A stretch of DNA of 64,000 nt, from sequence record PZ445527.1; one strand, 5' to 3'. The number at the start of each line of letters is the position of its first letter. The stretch's first letter is position 1. This document shows, piece after piece, positions 1-8,355 of this stretch. Source of the stretch: a phage. Made by a program: the position numbers and the translations under genes. The notes beneath the pieces are model-generated. The model saw only the letters and a list, made by a program, of their open reading frames with translations. It made no database searches and was not told the origin of the DNA.

Positions 1-93
1 GTTGCCGAACAATCTTTCGAACCTTTCAAAAATTTGCCCGCGCCCACCGACCAAAATTAAGAGATCTCGAGTGTTACGCGTGACCTAACGATT

Positions 94-1077
94 GTGACCT
101 CACGTGCGAGCGAAGTTAAGAAACGTTATCAGAAGTTCAAGCAAGAGGCTTCAAATACTGAATGCCCTACTTGCGGTACTCACCTGGATACAACTGCTGC
201 TCAAAAAGCAATGAATATGGCTAGAACAGAATATGATCCTCTGTTCAAAGAAAAGCAATCTCTTGAAGCTAAGCTAGAGCAGCTGAAGAAAGAACAACTT
301 GAGTACGTTGCGTATACTAGAGCAAAGGATGCTTTGGATAAAGCAGTGGTAGCTAGAGACGAGTTCAAAAATTCAATGAGTGATGCTTCTTTTGAAGAAC
401 TCAATGTGCAAATCCTACAGGTGCAAATCCGACAATTAGAACAGGAAATCGCTGATGGCCGCTCTAAGGTTGCAATTGCTAAAGAGCATAATGCAAATGT
501 CGAATTAGCCAATGCAAAATATAAAGCGAAACTAGAACAGATTGAGAAGGCTGAAGCAGAAATGTCTGAGATTACTTCCAAACTTGCTGGAGTATCAGAA
601 GCTGTAGCTGATCTTGATATTCTGATCGCCGCATTAAAAAATCTGGTAGGATATAAACTAGAGCATAGTGTGAAAGTATTTGAAGAACTAATTAATAAAT
701 ACCTTTCCATTATGACTGGCGGTAAATTCGCACTTGGATTTGAACTTGATGAAACGAAGTTACAAGTAGTAATCTTCAATGATGGAAACCGTACCAGTAT
801 GGAGAACTGCTCTACTGGTCAGCAAAGTAGAATTAATCTAGCAACCCTATTAGCTATTCGTATGCTGTTAACATCTATTAGTAAAGTTAATATTAATCTT
901 CTATTCCTTGATGAAGTAATTAGCTTTATTGATACAAAAGGACTTGATACTCTAGTTGAATTATTAAATGAGGAAGAAAGCCTAAATTCTATCATTGTTT
1001 CTCATGGTCATTCGCATCCACTGGCCTATAAGATTACTGTCAAAAAAGATGCAGAAGGATTTTCCTACTTAGAATGA
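94..1077 (+). CDS. SbcC/Rad50-like recombination ATPase, C-terminal portion (D13-like)
   Basis: CPTC zinc-hook-like motif, coiled-coil region, ABC signature-like STGQQS, Walker B/D-loop LLFLDE; stops in all three frames within nt 58-91 so the N-terminal half is not contiguous; GTG start. Confidence 0.55.
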   Translation: MTSRASEVKKRYQKFKQEASNTECPTCGTHLDTTAAQKAMNMARTEYDPLFKEKQSLEAKLEQLKKEQLEYVAYTRAKDALDKAVVARDEFKNSMSDASFEELNVQILQVQIRQLEQEIADGRSKVAIAKEHNANVELANAKYKAKLEQIEKAEAEMSEITSKLAGVSEAVADLDILIAALKNLVGYKLEHSVKVFEELINKYLSIMTGGKFALGFELDETKLQVVIFNDGNRTSMENCSTGQQSRINLATLLAIRMLLTSISKVNINLLFLDEVISFIDTKGLDTLVELLNEEESLNSIIVSHGHSHPLAYKITVKKDAEGFSYLE

Positions 1078-1080
1078 AAT

Positions 1081-1572
1081 ATGGCTGATCCAAGAGTTAC
1101 TGTAGAATACCTTTGGAATAGATATGATTATAGGGATGGACTGCTAATAAATAAGCAGACTAGGGGTAGGATGAAAGCAGGAGTACCTGCAGGTACTCCT
1201 AATAAGGCCGGATATCTAAGGGTTACTTTGTTCCAGAGGCAAGAGTATGTTCATAGACTGATATTTTTTATGTTCAACAATTATTGGCCAAAGGAAATAG
1301 ACCATATAGATAGAGATGTTAGTAATAATAGAATAGAAAATCTAAGAGACTGTTCTAGATCCCAGAACATGGCTAATAGGTCTAGCCCAAATACAGTTAG
1401 AGGAGTCCATTTTAATGGTAGTAGCTATATCGCTAGAATTGGCAATCCTTTCAGCAGAAAAACTGAGTATATTGGTAGCTATCCAACTGAAGAAATTGCG
1501 GCAAAAGCCTATGATATTAAAGCAAAAGAATACTTCGGAGATTTCGCAGTATTAAATTTCCCAGAGGAATAA
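1081..1572 (+). CDS. HNH homing endonuclease with AP2-like DNA-binding domain
   Basis: HNH motif EIDHIDRDVSNNRIENLR; C-terminal AP2-like segment YIGSYPTEEIAAKAYD. Confidence 0.75.
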   Translation: MADPRVTVEYLWNRYDYRDGLLINKQTRGRMKAGVPAGTPNKAGYLRVTLFQRQEYVHRLIFFMFNNYWPKEIDHIDRDVSNNRIENLRDCSRSQNMANRSSPNTVRGVHFNGSSYIARIGNPFSRKTEYIGSYPTEEIAAKAYDIKAKEYFGDFAVLNFPEE

Positions 1573-2054
1573 TGGCTGTAGATAGTAGAGAAAAAGGAAA
1601 AAGAGCTGAGTATCAAGTAAGAGATATTCTTAGAGAGCGAACAAAGCTAGAGTGGGAGAGAGTGCCTGGCTCTGGTGCGTTTGGTCAAAGTCATGGATTA
1701 AAAGGGGACATCTATCTCCCTCCACAAACAGGAAAAATCAGTAAGTACTGTTTTGAAGTAAAACATTATAAAGACGACGCATTATCAAGTAATTTATTTA
1801 ATGTTGGTGAATCCACTCTAGAGAAGTGGTGGCAGCAGTGCTCACGTGAAGGTGAGCAGATGAACTCCAAACCTGCATTAATATTCAAAAAAGACAGAGG
1901 ACAGTGGTTAGTAGCTTTGGACAGCTCAGACCCGATGGTTGACAACTTAATGAGTCGTACCCATATGGTGTTAAATAAGAAAGACATGGAAATCGTAATC
2001 GGTTTATTTGAGCCGTGGCTACATAATGCATCTGTTGAGGACTTAATTAAATAA
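1572..2054 (+). CDS. D14-like protein, possible PD-(D/E)xK nuclease
   Basis: GDIYLP ... EVKHYK resembles a D...E-x-K nuclease core; sits between HNH and flap endonuclease genes. Confidence 0.45.
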   Translation: MAVDSREKGKRAEYQVRDILRERTKLEWERVPGSGAFGQSHGLKGDIYLPPQTGKISKYCFEVKHYKDDALSSNLFNVGESTLEKWWQQCSREGEQMNSKPALIFKKDRGQWLVALDSSDPMVDNLMSRTHMVLNKKDMEIVIGLFEPWLHNASVEDLIK

Positions 2055-2929
2055 TGAGTAAATCCTGGGGAAAATTTATTGAAGAAGAGGAAGCTGAAAT
2101 GGCTTCCCGTCGTAACCTAATGATTGTCGATGGAACTAACTTAGGCTTTCGCTTCAAACATAACAACAGTAAAAAACCATTTGCCTCAAGTTATGTTTCC
2201 ACTATTCAGTCTCTTGCAAAATCTTATTCTGCTAGAACTACAATAGTTTTAGGAGATAAGGGGAAGTCTGTATTCCGCTTAGAACATCTCCCCGAGTATA
2301 AAGGTAATCGTGATGAAAAGTACGCACAACGTACAGAAGAAGAGAAAGCGCTAGATGAGCAGTTCTTCGAGTATTTGAAGGATGCTTTCGAATTGTGTGA
2401 AACTACATTCCCAACTTTTACCATTCGTGGTGTAGAAGCAGACGATATGGCAGCTTATATCGTTAAGCTCATCGGGCATCTTTATGATCATGTTTGGTTA
2501 ATCTCTACAGATGGTGACTGGGATACTTTATTAACAGATAAAGTTTCTCGTTTTTCTTTTACTACACGTCGTGAGTATCATCTTCGTGATATGTATGAAC
2601 ATCATAATGTTGACGATGTAGAGCAGTTTATCTCTCTAAAAGCAATTATGGGTGATTTAGGGGATAATATTCGTGGTGTTGAAGGGATCGGAGCAAAACG
2701 CGGATATAATATTATTCGTGAGTTTGGTAACGTACTGGATATTATTGATCAGCTTCCACTGCCTGGAAAGCAGAAATATATACAGAACCTGAATGCATCG
2801 GAAGAACTGCTTTTTCGAAACTTGATTCTGGTTGATTTACCTACCTACTGTGTGGATGCTATTGCTGCTGTAGGTCAAGACGTATTAGATAAGTTTACAA
2901 AAGATATTTTGGAGATTGCAGAACAATGA
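2054..2929 (+). CDS. D15: flap endonuclease / 5'-3' exonuclease (T5 D15-type)
   Basis: 291 aa; N-terminus MSKSWGKFIEEEEAEMASRRNLMIVDGTNLGFRF matches the T5 D15 exonuclease as I recall it; FEN motifs. Confidence 0.93.
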   Translation: MSKSWGKFIEEEEAEMASRRNLMIVDGTNLGFRFKHNNSKKPFASSYVSTIQSLAKSYSARTTIVLGDKGKSVFRLEHLPEYKGNRDEKYAQRTEEEKALDEQFFEYLKDAFELCETTFPTFTIRGVEADDMAAYIVKLIGHLYDHVWLISTDGDWDTLLTDKVSRFSFTTRREYHLRDMYEHHNVDDVEQFISLKAIMGDLGDNIRGVEGIGAKRGYNIIREFGNVLDIIDQLPLPGKQKYIQNLNASEELLFRNLILVDLPTYCVDAIAAVGQDVLDKFTKDILEIAEQ

Positions 2930-3372
2930 TTAAAATTAAGTTAACTCATCCAGATTGTATGCCTAAGATTGGCTCTGAAGATGCCGCAGGTATGGATCTG
3001 CGAGCATTCTTTGGTACTAACCCTGCCGCAGATTTACGTGCTATTGCACCAGGCAAATCCTTAATGATTGACACCGGTGTCGCGGTGGAAATTCCGCGAG
3101 GTTGGTTCGGTTTGGTGGTTCCGCGTAGTTCTTTAGGAAAGCGCCATTTGATGATCGCAAACACCGTAGGAGTAATCGACTCAGACTATCGTGGCACTAT
3201 TAAGATGAACCTCTATAATTATGGTTCTGAGATGCAAACTCTGGAGAATTTCGAAAGACTTTGTCAGTTAGTAGTAGTACCACACTACTCAACTCATAAT
3301 TTTGAAATTGTTGACGAACTAGGGGAGACTAATCGTGGGGAAGGCGGATTTGGAAGTTCAGGAAGTAAATAA
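2926..3372 (+). CDS. dut: dUTPase
   Basis: dUTPase motifs AGMDL, RSS, IDSDYRG, GGFGSSG; start overlaps D15 stop. Confidence 0.9.
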   Translation: MIKIKLTHPDCMPKIGSEDAAGMDLRAFFGTNPAADLRAIAPGKSLMIDTGVAVEIPRGWFGLVVPRSSLGKRHLMIANTVGVIDSDYRGTIKMNLYNYGSEMQTLENFERLCQLVVVPHYSTHNFEIVDELGETNRGEGGFGSSGSK

Positions 3373-3612
3373 TTTTACTGATCCTAATATGGTAAGGTCC
3401 TTTGAACATTCTTCTGCTATAACAAGCATAATGATATGTAAAAGAACCATACGTAAACAATGTAGTTCTTAAATAGGTCGTGAAGGCAATGTAATCTATT
3501 GGAATGAAGGGGGCTTTTGTTGAATTGTGTGGCAATTCGGAAGATCATATACTTAGAGCTATGTTAGCCGTATTTAAGTTAGGTATTATTGCTGGTAGTA
3601 GATAATAATAAA

Positions 3613-3644
3613 CCCCGGTGGACAATCCACCGGGGTTTTCTTTT
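3613..3644. terminator. bidirectional rho-independent terminator between convergent dut and tail-fibre genes
   Basis: hairpin CCCCGGTGG-acaat-CCACCGGGG followed by T-run on + and A-run upstream (T-run on -). Confidence 0.7.
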
Positions 3645-5826
3645 ATTTAGCAAGAAGTTGTTTTACTAGTTCCTTGAGTTCGTCAATTTGCTTCTGTTGT
3701 GCTTGAATACAACCTAAAAGATCCATTACAATTGGGTTAATATCTACACTAGGTCTATCTTGATATTCCTCCCCGATCTTGTTTCCTTCGTCATCAAAAA
3801 CCTCGGTTCCTGGTATTGGGAATTGGTTGTGTTTTATATATTGAGGCGCTATTTTTTCCGCATCCTCAGCAATTATCCCAAATCTAACACGTTGTTTTTC
3901 ATCATCCTTATAAACGAAGTTAACCATTTCAAGGTTTGTAACTCTTGATAGAGCCTCATTGCTATCTGCGGTTGAAATATCCTTTTTATACTCCCTTCCT
4001 GAAGTACCTTGAACTGCAAGAACACCACCTGTACTTGGAAGGGTGTTAATAAATTGATTAGTGTTATCATATATATTTCTTTGTACAAAATAAGGAGGAT
4101 TTCCAGCTAGCGAAGGTATCTCAAAAGATACTCTTGCTCCAATATCTGTTGAGCCACTTCTACCAGTAGCAGCTATCTCAACTCTAGGGTAAGAATTTTG
4201 TTTCAAAAAAACACAAGTTCCATTAATACTAGCATTAGAGTATAACTCAGCGAAAATGTTAACTGTTGCGTCTTCACCTATTTGAAGAATCTTTTTCCTA
4301 TAAGACCCGTCTGCTTTATATGAGTGGGCCGAAAGACTTCCGTCTGTTTCATGACCTAACCTAATAGCAGCTGTCCCATCTTCTCTATAAAAAGCAATCC
4401 ATTGATTAACTGACGCACTAGGACGCAACATAACAATAGCTTCCGAATTTAGGAATTTTTGCGTTTCCTCCCATTGTCTACCAATCTTTTGCCTTGCTTC
4501 TGAGGCTGTTATTGCTCCAGTTCCACCTCGCTCAATAGCAAGAGGTTTTGACTCTCCAGTAGTTGACTGAACGCCCCACTTGCCGTTATTGGCAATAAAC
4601 ATGCTAAGATTGCCATCAGGTGATGTAATCTGATTGAACTTGCCAGCATCTGTACCTGTAGTACAAAAAACTCCTTGCACCCCAAGATTTACCTTTGCGT
4701 CTGTTACATTCCTTGCGCCAGTACCTCCTTTGGCAACTGCCAAAGGTATAAACTGTTTACTGGTATTATCATAAGCACCCCATCCCTGTAGGTCATTAAT
4801 ATATAAATGGTAATTACCATTACCACTTTTTATTTGAGTCTCTCCACTAGGTAATTGAAAGTATCTATTAATTTGATTATCAAGAACTCCCTTCCACCAA
4901 ATAGCTCCAACATTTTTTGTCCAGCGATAGCTATATAGTGTCCCAGTATAATCACCAACAAATACCCCAGTGTAACCATGGACGCCGTCCATAGCAGAGA
5001 TAAAACCAGCTAATACGTTTTCTGAAGAAGCAATACTTGGATATCCAGTAGTTGTACTCTTAACAATACGTATAAAGCCTAGAAATTCAGATGGTTCAAC
5101 AGTAATATCAGAAACGTGTCTTGGAGAATCCCCAAGACCTATAGAAGCTTTCATACCAGAAGCTACATTTTCAGCTTTAGTAGCAGATGCCGCCGCATTA
5201 GTTTCTGAGGTCTTAGCATTGGTTTCTGATGCTTTAGCAGCATTAGCACTGTTAGCAGCAGCAGTTTTACTATTATTAGCATTAGTTTCTGAAGTTTTAG
5301 CAGCAGAAGCAGATGCAGCAGCATTAGTTTCTGAGGTTTTTGCTGCTGAAGCAGATGCAGCCGCAGCAGTTTTGCTACTATTAGCATTGGTTTCTGAGGT
5401 TTTTGCAGCCGTCTCACTAGCTTTTGCATTGGTTTCTGAAGTTTTTGCAGCCGTCTCACTAGCTTTTGCGTTAGTCTCAGAAGTTTTTGCGTTAGCCTCA
5501 GAAGTTTTGGCGGCTCCAGCACTGTTAGCGGACGCAGTAGCAGAAGAAGCAGACTGAGTTGCAGACTGCTGAGAAGATGCCGCAGAAATTTCTGCTTCAT
5601 TTTCAGAATCTTTAGCATTTAGCTCCGACTGTTTTGCATTAATTTCAGATTGCTTAGCTGCTGCAGCAGATGCTTTAGAAGACTCTATAGCAGAGACTAG
5701 CTCTCCTGCTGTAATAGAGCTGATTGTACTTCCCAGAACTATAGTATATTTAGGATATTTACTTGCAGTTATACTATTCTGGTCCATAGTGACCATTTGC
5801 TGTAAAATTATTTTAGTTATAGCCAT
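3643..5826 (-). CDS. L-shaped tail fibre protein (pb1-like) with C-terminal intramolecular chaperone (peptidase S74-like) domain
   Basis: N-terminal Ala/Ser/Thr-rich repeats (AKTSETNAKASETAAK...); C-terminal auto-chaperone-like domain; first gene of the late operon. Confidence 0.75.
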   Translation of the reverse strand: MAITKIILQQMVTMDQNSITASKYPKYTIVLGSTISSITAGELVSAIESSKASAAAAKQSEINAKQSELNAKDSENEAEISAASSQQSATQSASSATASANSAGAAKTSEANAKTSETNAKASETAAKTSETNAKASETAAKTSETNANSSKTAAAASASAAKTSETNAAASASAAKTSETNANNSKTAAANSANAAKASETNAKTSETNAAASATKAENVASGMKASIGLGDSPRHVSDITVEPSEFLGFIRIVKSTTTGYPSIASSENVLAGFISAMDGVHGYTGVFVGDYTGTLYSYRWTKNVGAIWWKGVLDNQINRYFQLPSGETQIKSGNGNYHLYINDLQGWGAYDNTSKQFIPLAVAKGGTGARNVTDAKVNLGVQGVFCTTGTDAGKFNQITSPDGNLSMFIANNGKWGVQSTTGESKPLAIERGGTGAITASEARQKIGRQWEETQKFLNSEAIVMLRPSASVNQWIAFYREDGTAAIRLGHETDGSLSAHSYKADGSYRKKILQIGEDATVNIFAELYSNASINGTCVFLKQNSYPRVEIAATGRSGSTDIGARVSFEIPSLAGNPPYFVQRNIYDNTNQFINTLPSTGGVLAVQGTSGREYKKDISTADSNEALSRVTNLEMVNFVYKDDEKQRVRFGIIAEDAEKIAPQYIKHNQFPIPGTEVFDDEGNKIGEEYQDRPSVDINPIVMDLLGCIQAQQKQIDELKELVKQLLAK

Positions 5827-6248
5827 TATTGAGTTACCCCATCACTAATATAAACTTTGCCTTCCATAATACGGAAAGAACTAGCAGCACTACCAACAGC
5901 TGTTCTAGTAATAATTACATCATAGTATCCAGCTAATCTCTGTCTAGGATTATATCTATCTCTTTCTTTGGATGCTTTGGAAGCAATAGTAGTTACAGCA
6001 CTAACGGGTAGACTTATAGATGCTACTCCTTGCTTCGCATCAACAATAGATGTAGTAAAAGATGCTAAAGTTTCAGCCCCATCTTCTAGATTGCTTTTAA
6101 TAGTACCTCTTAAAGAGAAACCAGTAAGGTCTACCGGTTTAGATGTAGAGGGATAAACACTATCATCCACATCCATAAATTGCATAAGTAAACCATAAGG
6201 TACGTTCTCGTCTACTACTAAATCAATAACTCTATTTTCTGTACTCAT
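5826..6248 (-). CDS. collar/baseplate-associated protein (T5 p132-like)
   Basis: 140 aa; position between tail-fibre and pb4-like genes matches T5 order. Confidence 0.55.
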   Translation of the reverse strand: MSTENRVIDLVVDENVPYGLLMQFMDVDDSVYPSTSKPVDLTGFSLRGTIKSNLEDGAETLASFTTSIVDAKQGVASISLPVSAVTTIASKASKERDRYNPRQRLAGYYDVIITRTAVGSAASSFRIMEGKVYISDGVTQ

Positions 6249-6252
6249 TATT

Positions 6253-8355
6253 TTACCTTATATGGATATACCCGTTTTGCAGGTCTATCTTCATTTTGTA
6301 GGATCCCTCTGGGTTAGAGGATAGTGCTGCTGCACGATCATATATAATATTTACACCAATTTGTGATAAGAAAGCATTGTTAGCAACAATTTTACTAGCA
6401 GTTACCGTGCCATTAACTATCATATCCCCGTGTAAAACCATTGCAGGACTAGCCCATGCCGAACCATTCCACTGCCTAGTAAACGCTGTTCCTGGTGCTC
6501 CACTTTTATACTCGGTTAATACATCATATTTAACAGGGCCAGTACCAAAGTTAGATGTAAAGAATGAATTAGCTTGTGAATCATTCCATGCTGTTAAATT
6601 AGCGATAGCAAGAGAATACATTCCTGGACCACGTTGTCCTGTATCTCCTGGCCTACCATCAGCACCAGGTTTACCATCAGCCCCCGGTCTACCATCAACA
6701 CCTTCTGTACCACTCCATTGAACTACGTCTGACCAGCTAGTTCCAGATACTAATTGATTAGTAACAGGATCTAAAGTACCTGTAGAACAGTAAATATTTT
6801 GAGTATTAGATGTTCTATTAGGTGGAGTTTTTGACCAACCTGAAGGTGGATATGCAGGGCTTGTAGGTTTAGCAGGTAGTGAGGTTCCTAGAGTATAGAT
6901 AAATACTGTTTGCTTACCTTGTATACCTGTTGCTATATCGATGTCACCGTTAGGTGTACCAATTACAACCCCACTAGAGATTCTTAATGTATCACCGTCG
7001 TAACGAATGTACTGGGTAGCATTGCCAATATCCAGTTTTGGTTTAGCAGTAGCATTATCCATACCCATCCAGATACCAGATCTTGTATCACCCCAAGTTT
7101 TGCCTTGAGTATAAATTGCTGGATTATCTTGACCAGTTAGATTGGTCATAACAAAATTCGCAGCATTTATAGTTTTAGTGATTACACTACCATCAACGTT
7201 AACTATCTTTTTAATAGGGTCAAAAGATATTGGTGCTTTTCCTTCTGCATCTAGAAGACCTATATTAATAGCACCAGTAGCAGCATCTATCAGGAAAGTT
7301 TGTTTCCAAGTAGAACCATCTTTGATCTTGCCCTTAATATATGCGTAGTTTACCTCAATACCGGTTTCGTTTACAAAACTGTTATCTAGTGGAGTATCTT
7401 CCTTTAGTATAAAAGTTTGTACAGCAGAGTCGGTAGTATCCTGCTTACTTGGTCCCCAGGCAATAGACGACACTTTAAATTTATGCTCTACTTTCCACGG
7501 GAATGATATAATTGTTGCTGATTGGGCAGCACCCACATTAATTTTTTGTGCTTTAGTCCATCCAGTTCTTGCAAACTCTGCTGAATCTATATAGGATAGA
7601 ACAAACTCACGAACATTAGCCCCTGCACCTCTATTCCAATCCCACTGAACACGCAAATCATAGCGTTCTTTACCATCTGCAATGCGCGCTGCTTTAAACT
7701 CAATATTAGTGGGTGCGGTAGGAGGAACAAAATTATAGTTAACTTCAAAGACAGTAGGATACTCATAGTATCCAGATGAATCAATAGTAACACCGTCTGG
7801 TAGGCTTATTTGACCAGAAATTCTTACTTTATAGAATCCGATTGGTACGCCACCAAACATAATAGTTGGCATCAGTGCACCAACGTAATATTTAACCCAC
7901 GGGTTATTGGCATTAGAATTATTCTTTAATTCTATAGTACAATAATCGGCCTCCCCTGTAGTATCTATATAAACTATGGGGGCCCCAACCCCAACATCTA
8001 CTGGTTCTGACTCGCATCGAGCACCTGTGATTCTAGGTGCTGATTTCATTTTAAAAGTTTGCTTATCAGATAGATTAATTCCTATCTGTGCATTAAGAAG
8101 TTCAGAGTCTATTATGGAATCATAAAATGCACCCTGAACTTCATAAGTTGTTGTAGGTTTTAGATTATTAATAGTTACAGAGAAAGTATCAACACCCGTG
8201 AAGTCTCTACGAGTAATATTACTACCTTCTTTTAGCCAAAAAGATCTGCCTATAACGTCATAATCTGAGTAAATAGAATGCTGGATATACGCCAACGTAT
8301 ATCCAGTTAAGACGCTATTTAGAACCATTTTAGCTGGTGCATTATTTGAGATCAT
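6253..8355 (-). CDS. baseplate central fibre protein (pb4-like) with collagen-like repeat
   Basis: 700 aa; Gly-X-Y run [24 protein letters not shown]; synteny. Confidence 0.65.
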   Translation of the reverse strand: MISNNAPAKMVLNSVLTGYTLAYIQHSIYSDYDVIGRSFWLKEGSNITRRDFTGVDTFSVTINNLKPTTTYEVQGAFYDSIIDSELLNAQIGINLSDKQTFKMKSAPRITGARCESEPVDVGVGAPIVYIDTTGEADYCTIELKNNSNANNPWVKYYVGALMPTIMFGGVPIGFYKVRISGQISLPDGVTIDSSGYYEYPTVFEVNYNFVPPTAPTNIEFKAARIADGKERYDLRVQWDWNRGAGANVREFVLSYIDSAEFARTGWTKAQKINVGAAQSATIISFPWKVEHKFKVSSIAWGPSKQDTTDSAVQTFILKEDTPLDNSFVNETGIEVNYAYIKGKIKDGSTWKQTFLIDAATGAINIGLLDAEGKAPISFDPIKKIVNVDGSVITKTINAANFVMTNLTGQDNPAIYTQGKTWGDTRSGIWMGMDNATAKPKLDIGNATQYIRYDGDTLRISSGVVIGTPNGDIDIATGIQGKQTVFIYTLGTSLPAKPTSPAYPPSGWSKTPPNRTSNTQNIYCSTGTLDPVTNQLVSGTSWSDVVQWSGTEGVDGRPGADGKPGADGRPGDTGQRGPGMYSLAIANLTAWNDSQANSFFTSNFGTGPVKYDVLTEYKSGAPGTAFTRQWNGSAWASPAMVLHGDMIVNGTVTASKIVANNAFLSQIGVNIIYDRAAALSSNPEGSYKMKIDLQNGYIHIR

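Noticed and set aside
5163-5618. Antisense and alternative-frame ORFs (5163-5618 on -, 5219-5557 on +) with Leu/Lys- or Ala-rich low-complexity products
   Set aside because: They lie inside the tail-fibre gene's tandem repeat region and are frame artefacts of the repeats; the 727-aa fibre ORF explains the coding signal.
6377-8355. + strand ORFs 6377-6721 and 7142-7348 inside the pb4-like gene, including an apparent [10 protein letters not shown] repeat
   Set aside because: Antisense reading of the collagen-like Gly-X-Y coding repeat of the - strand pb4-like gene.
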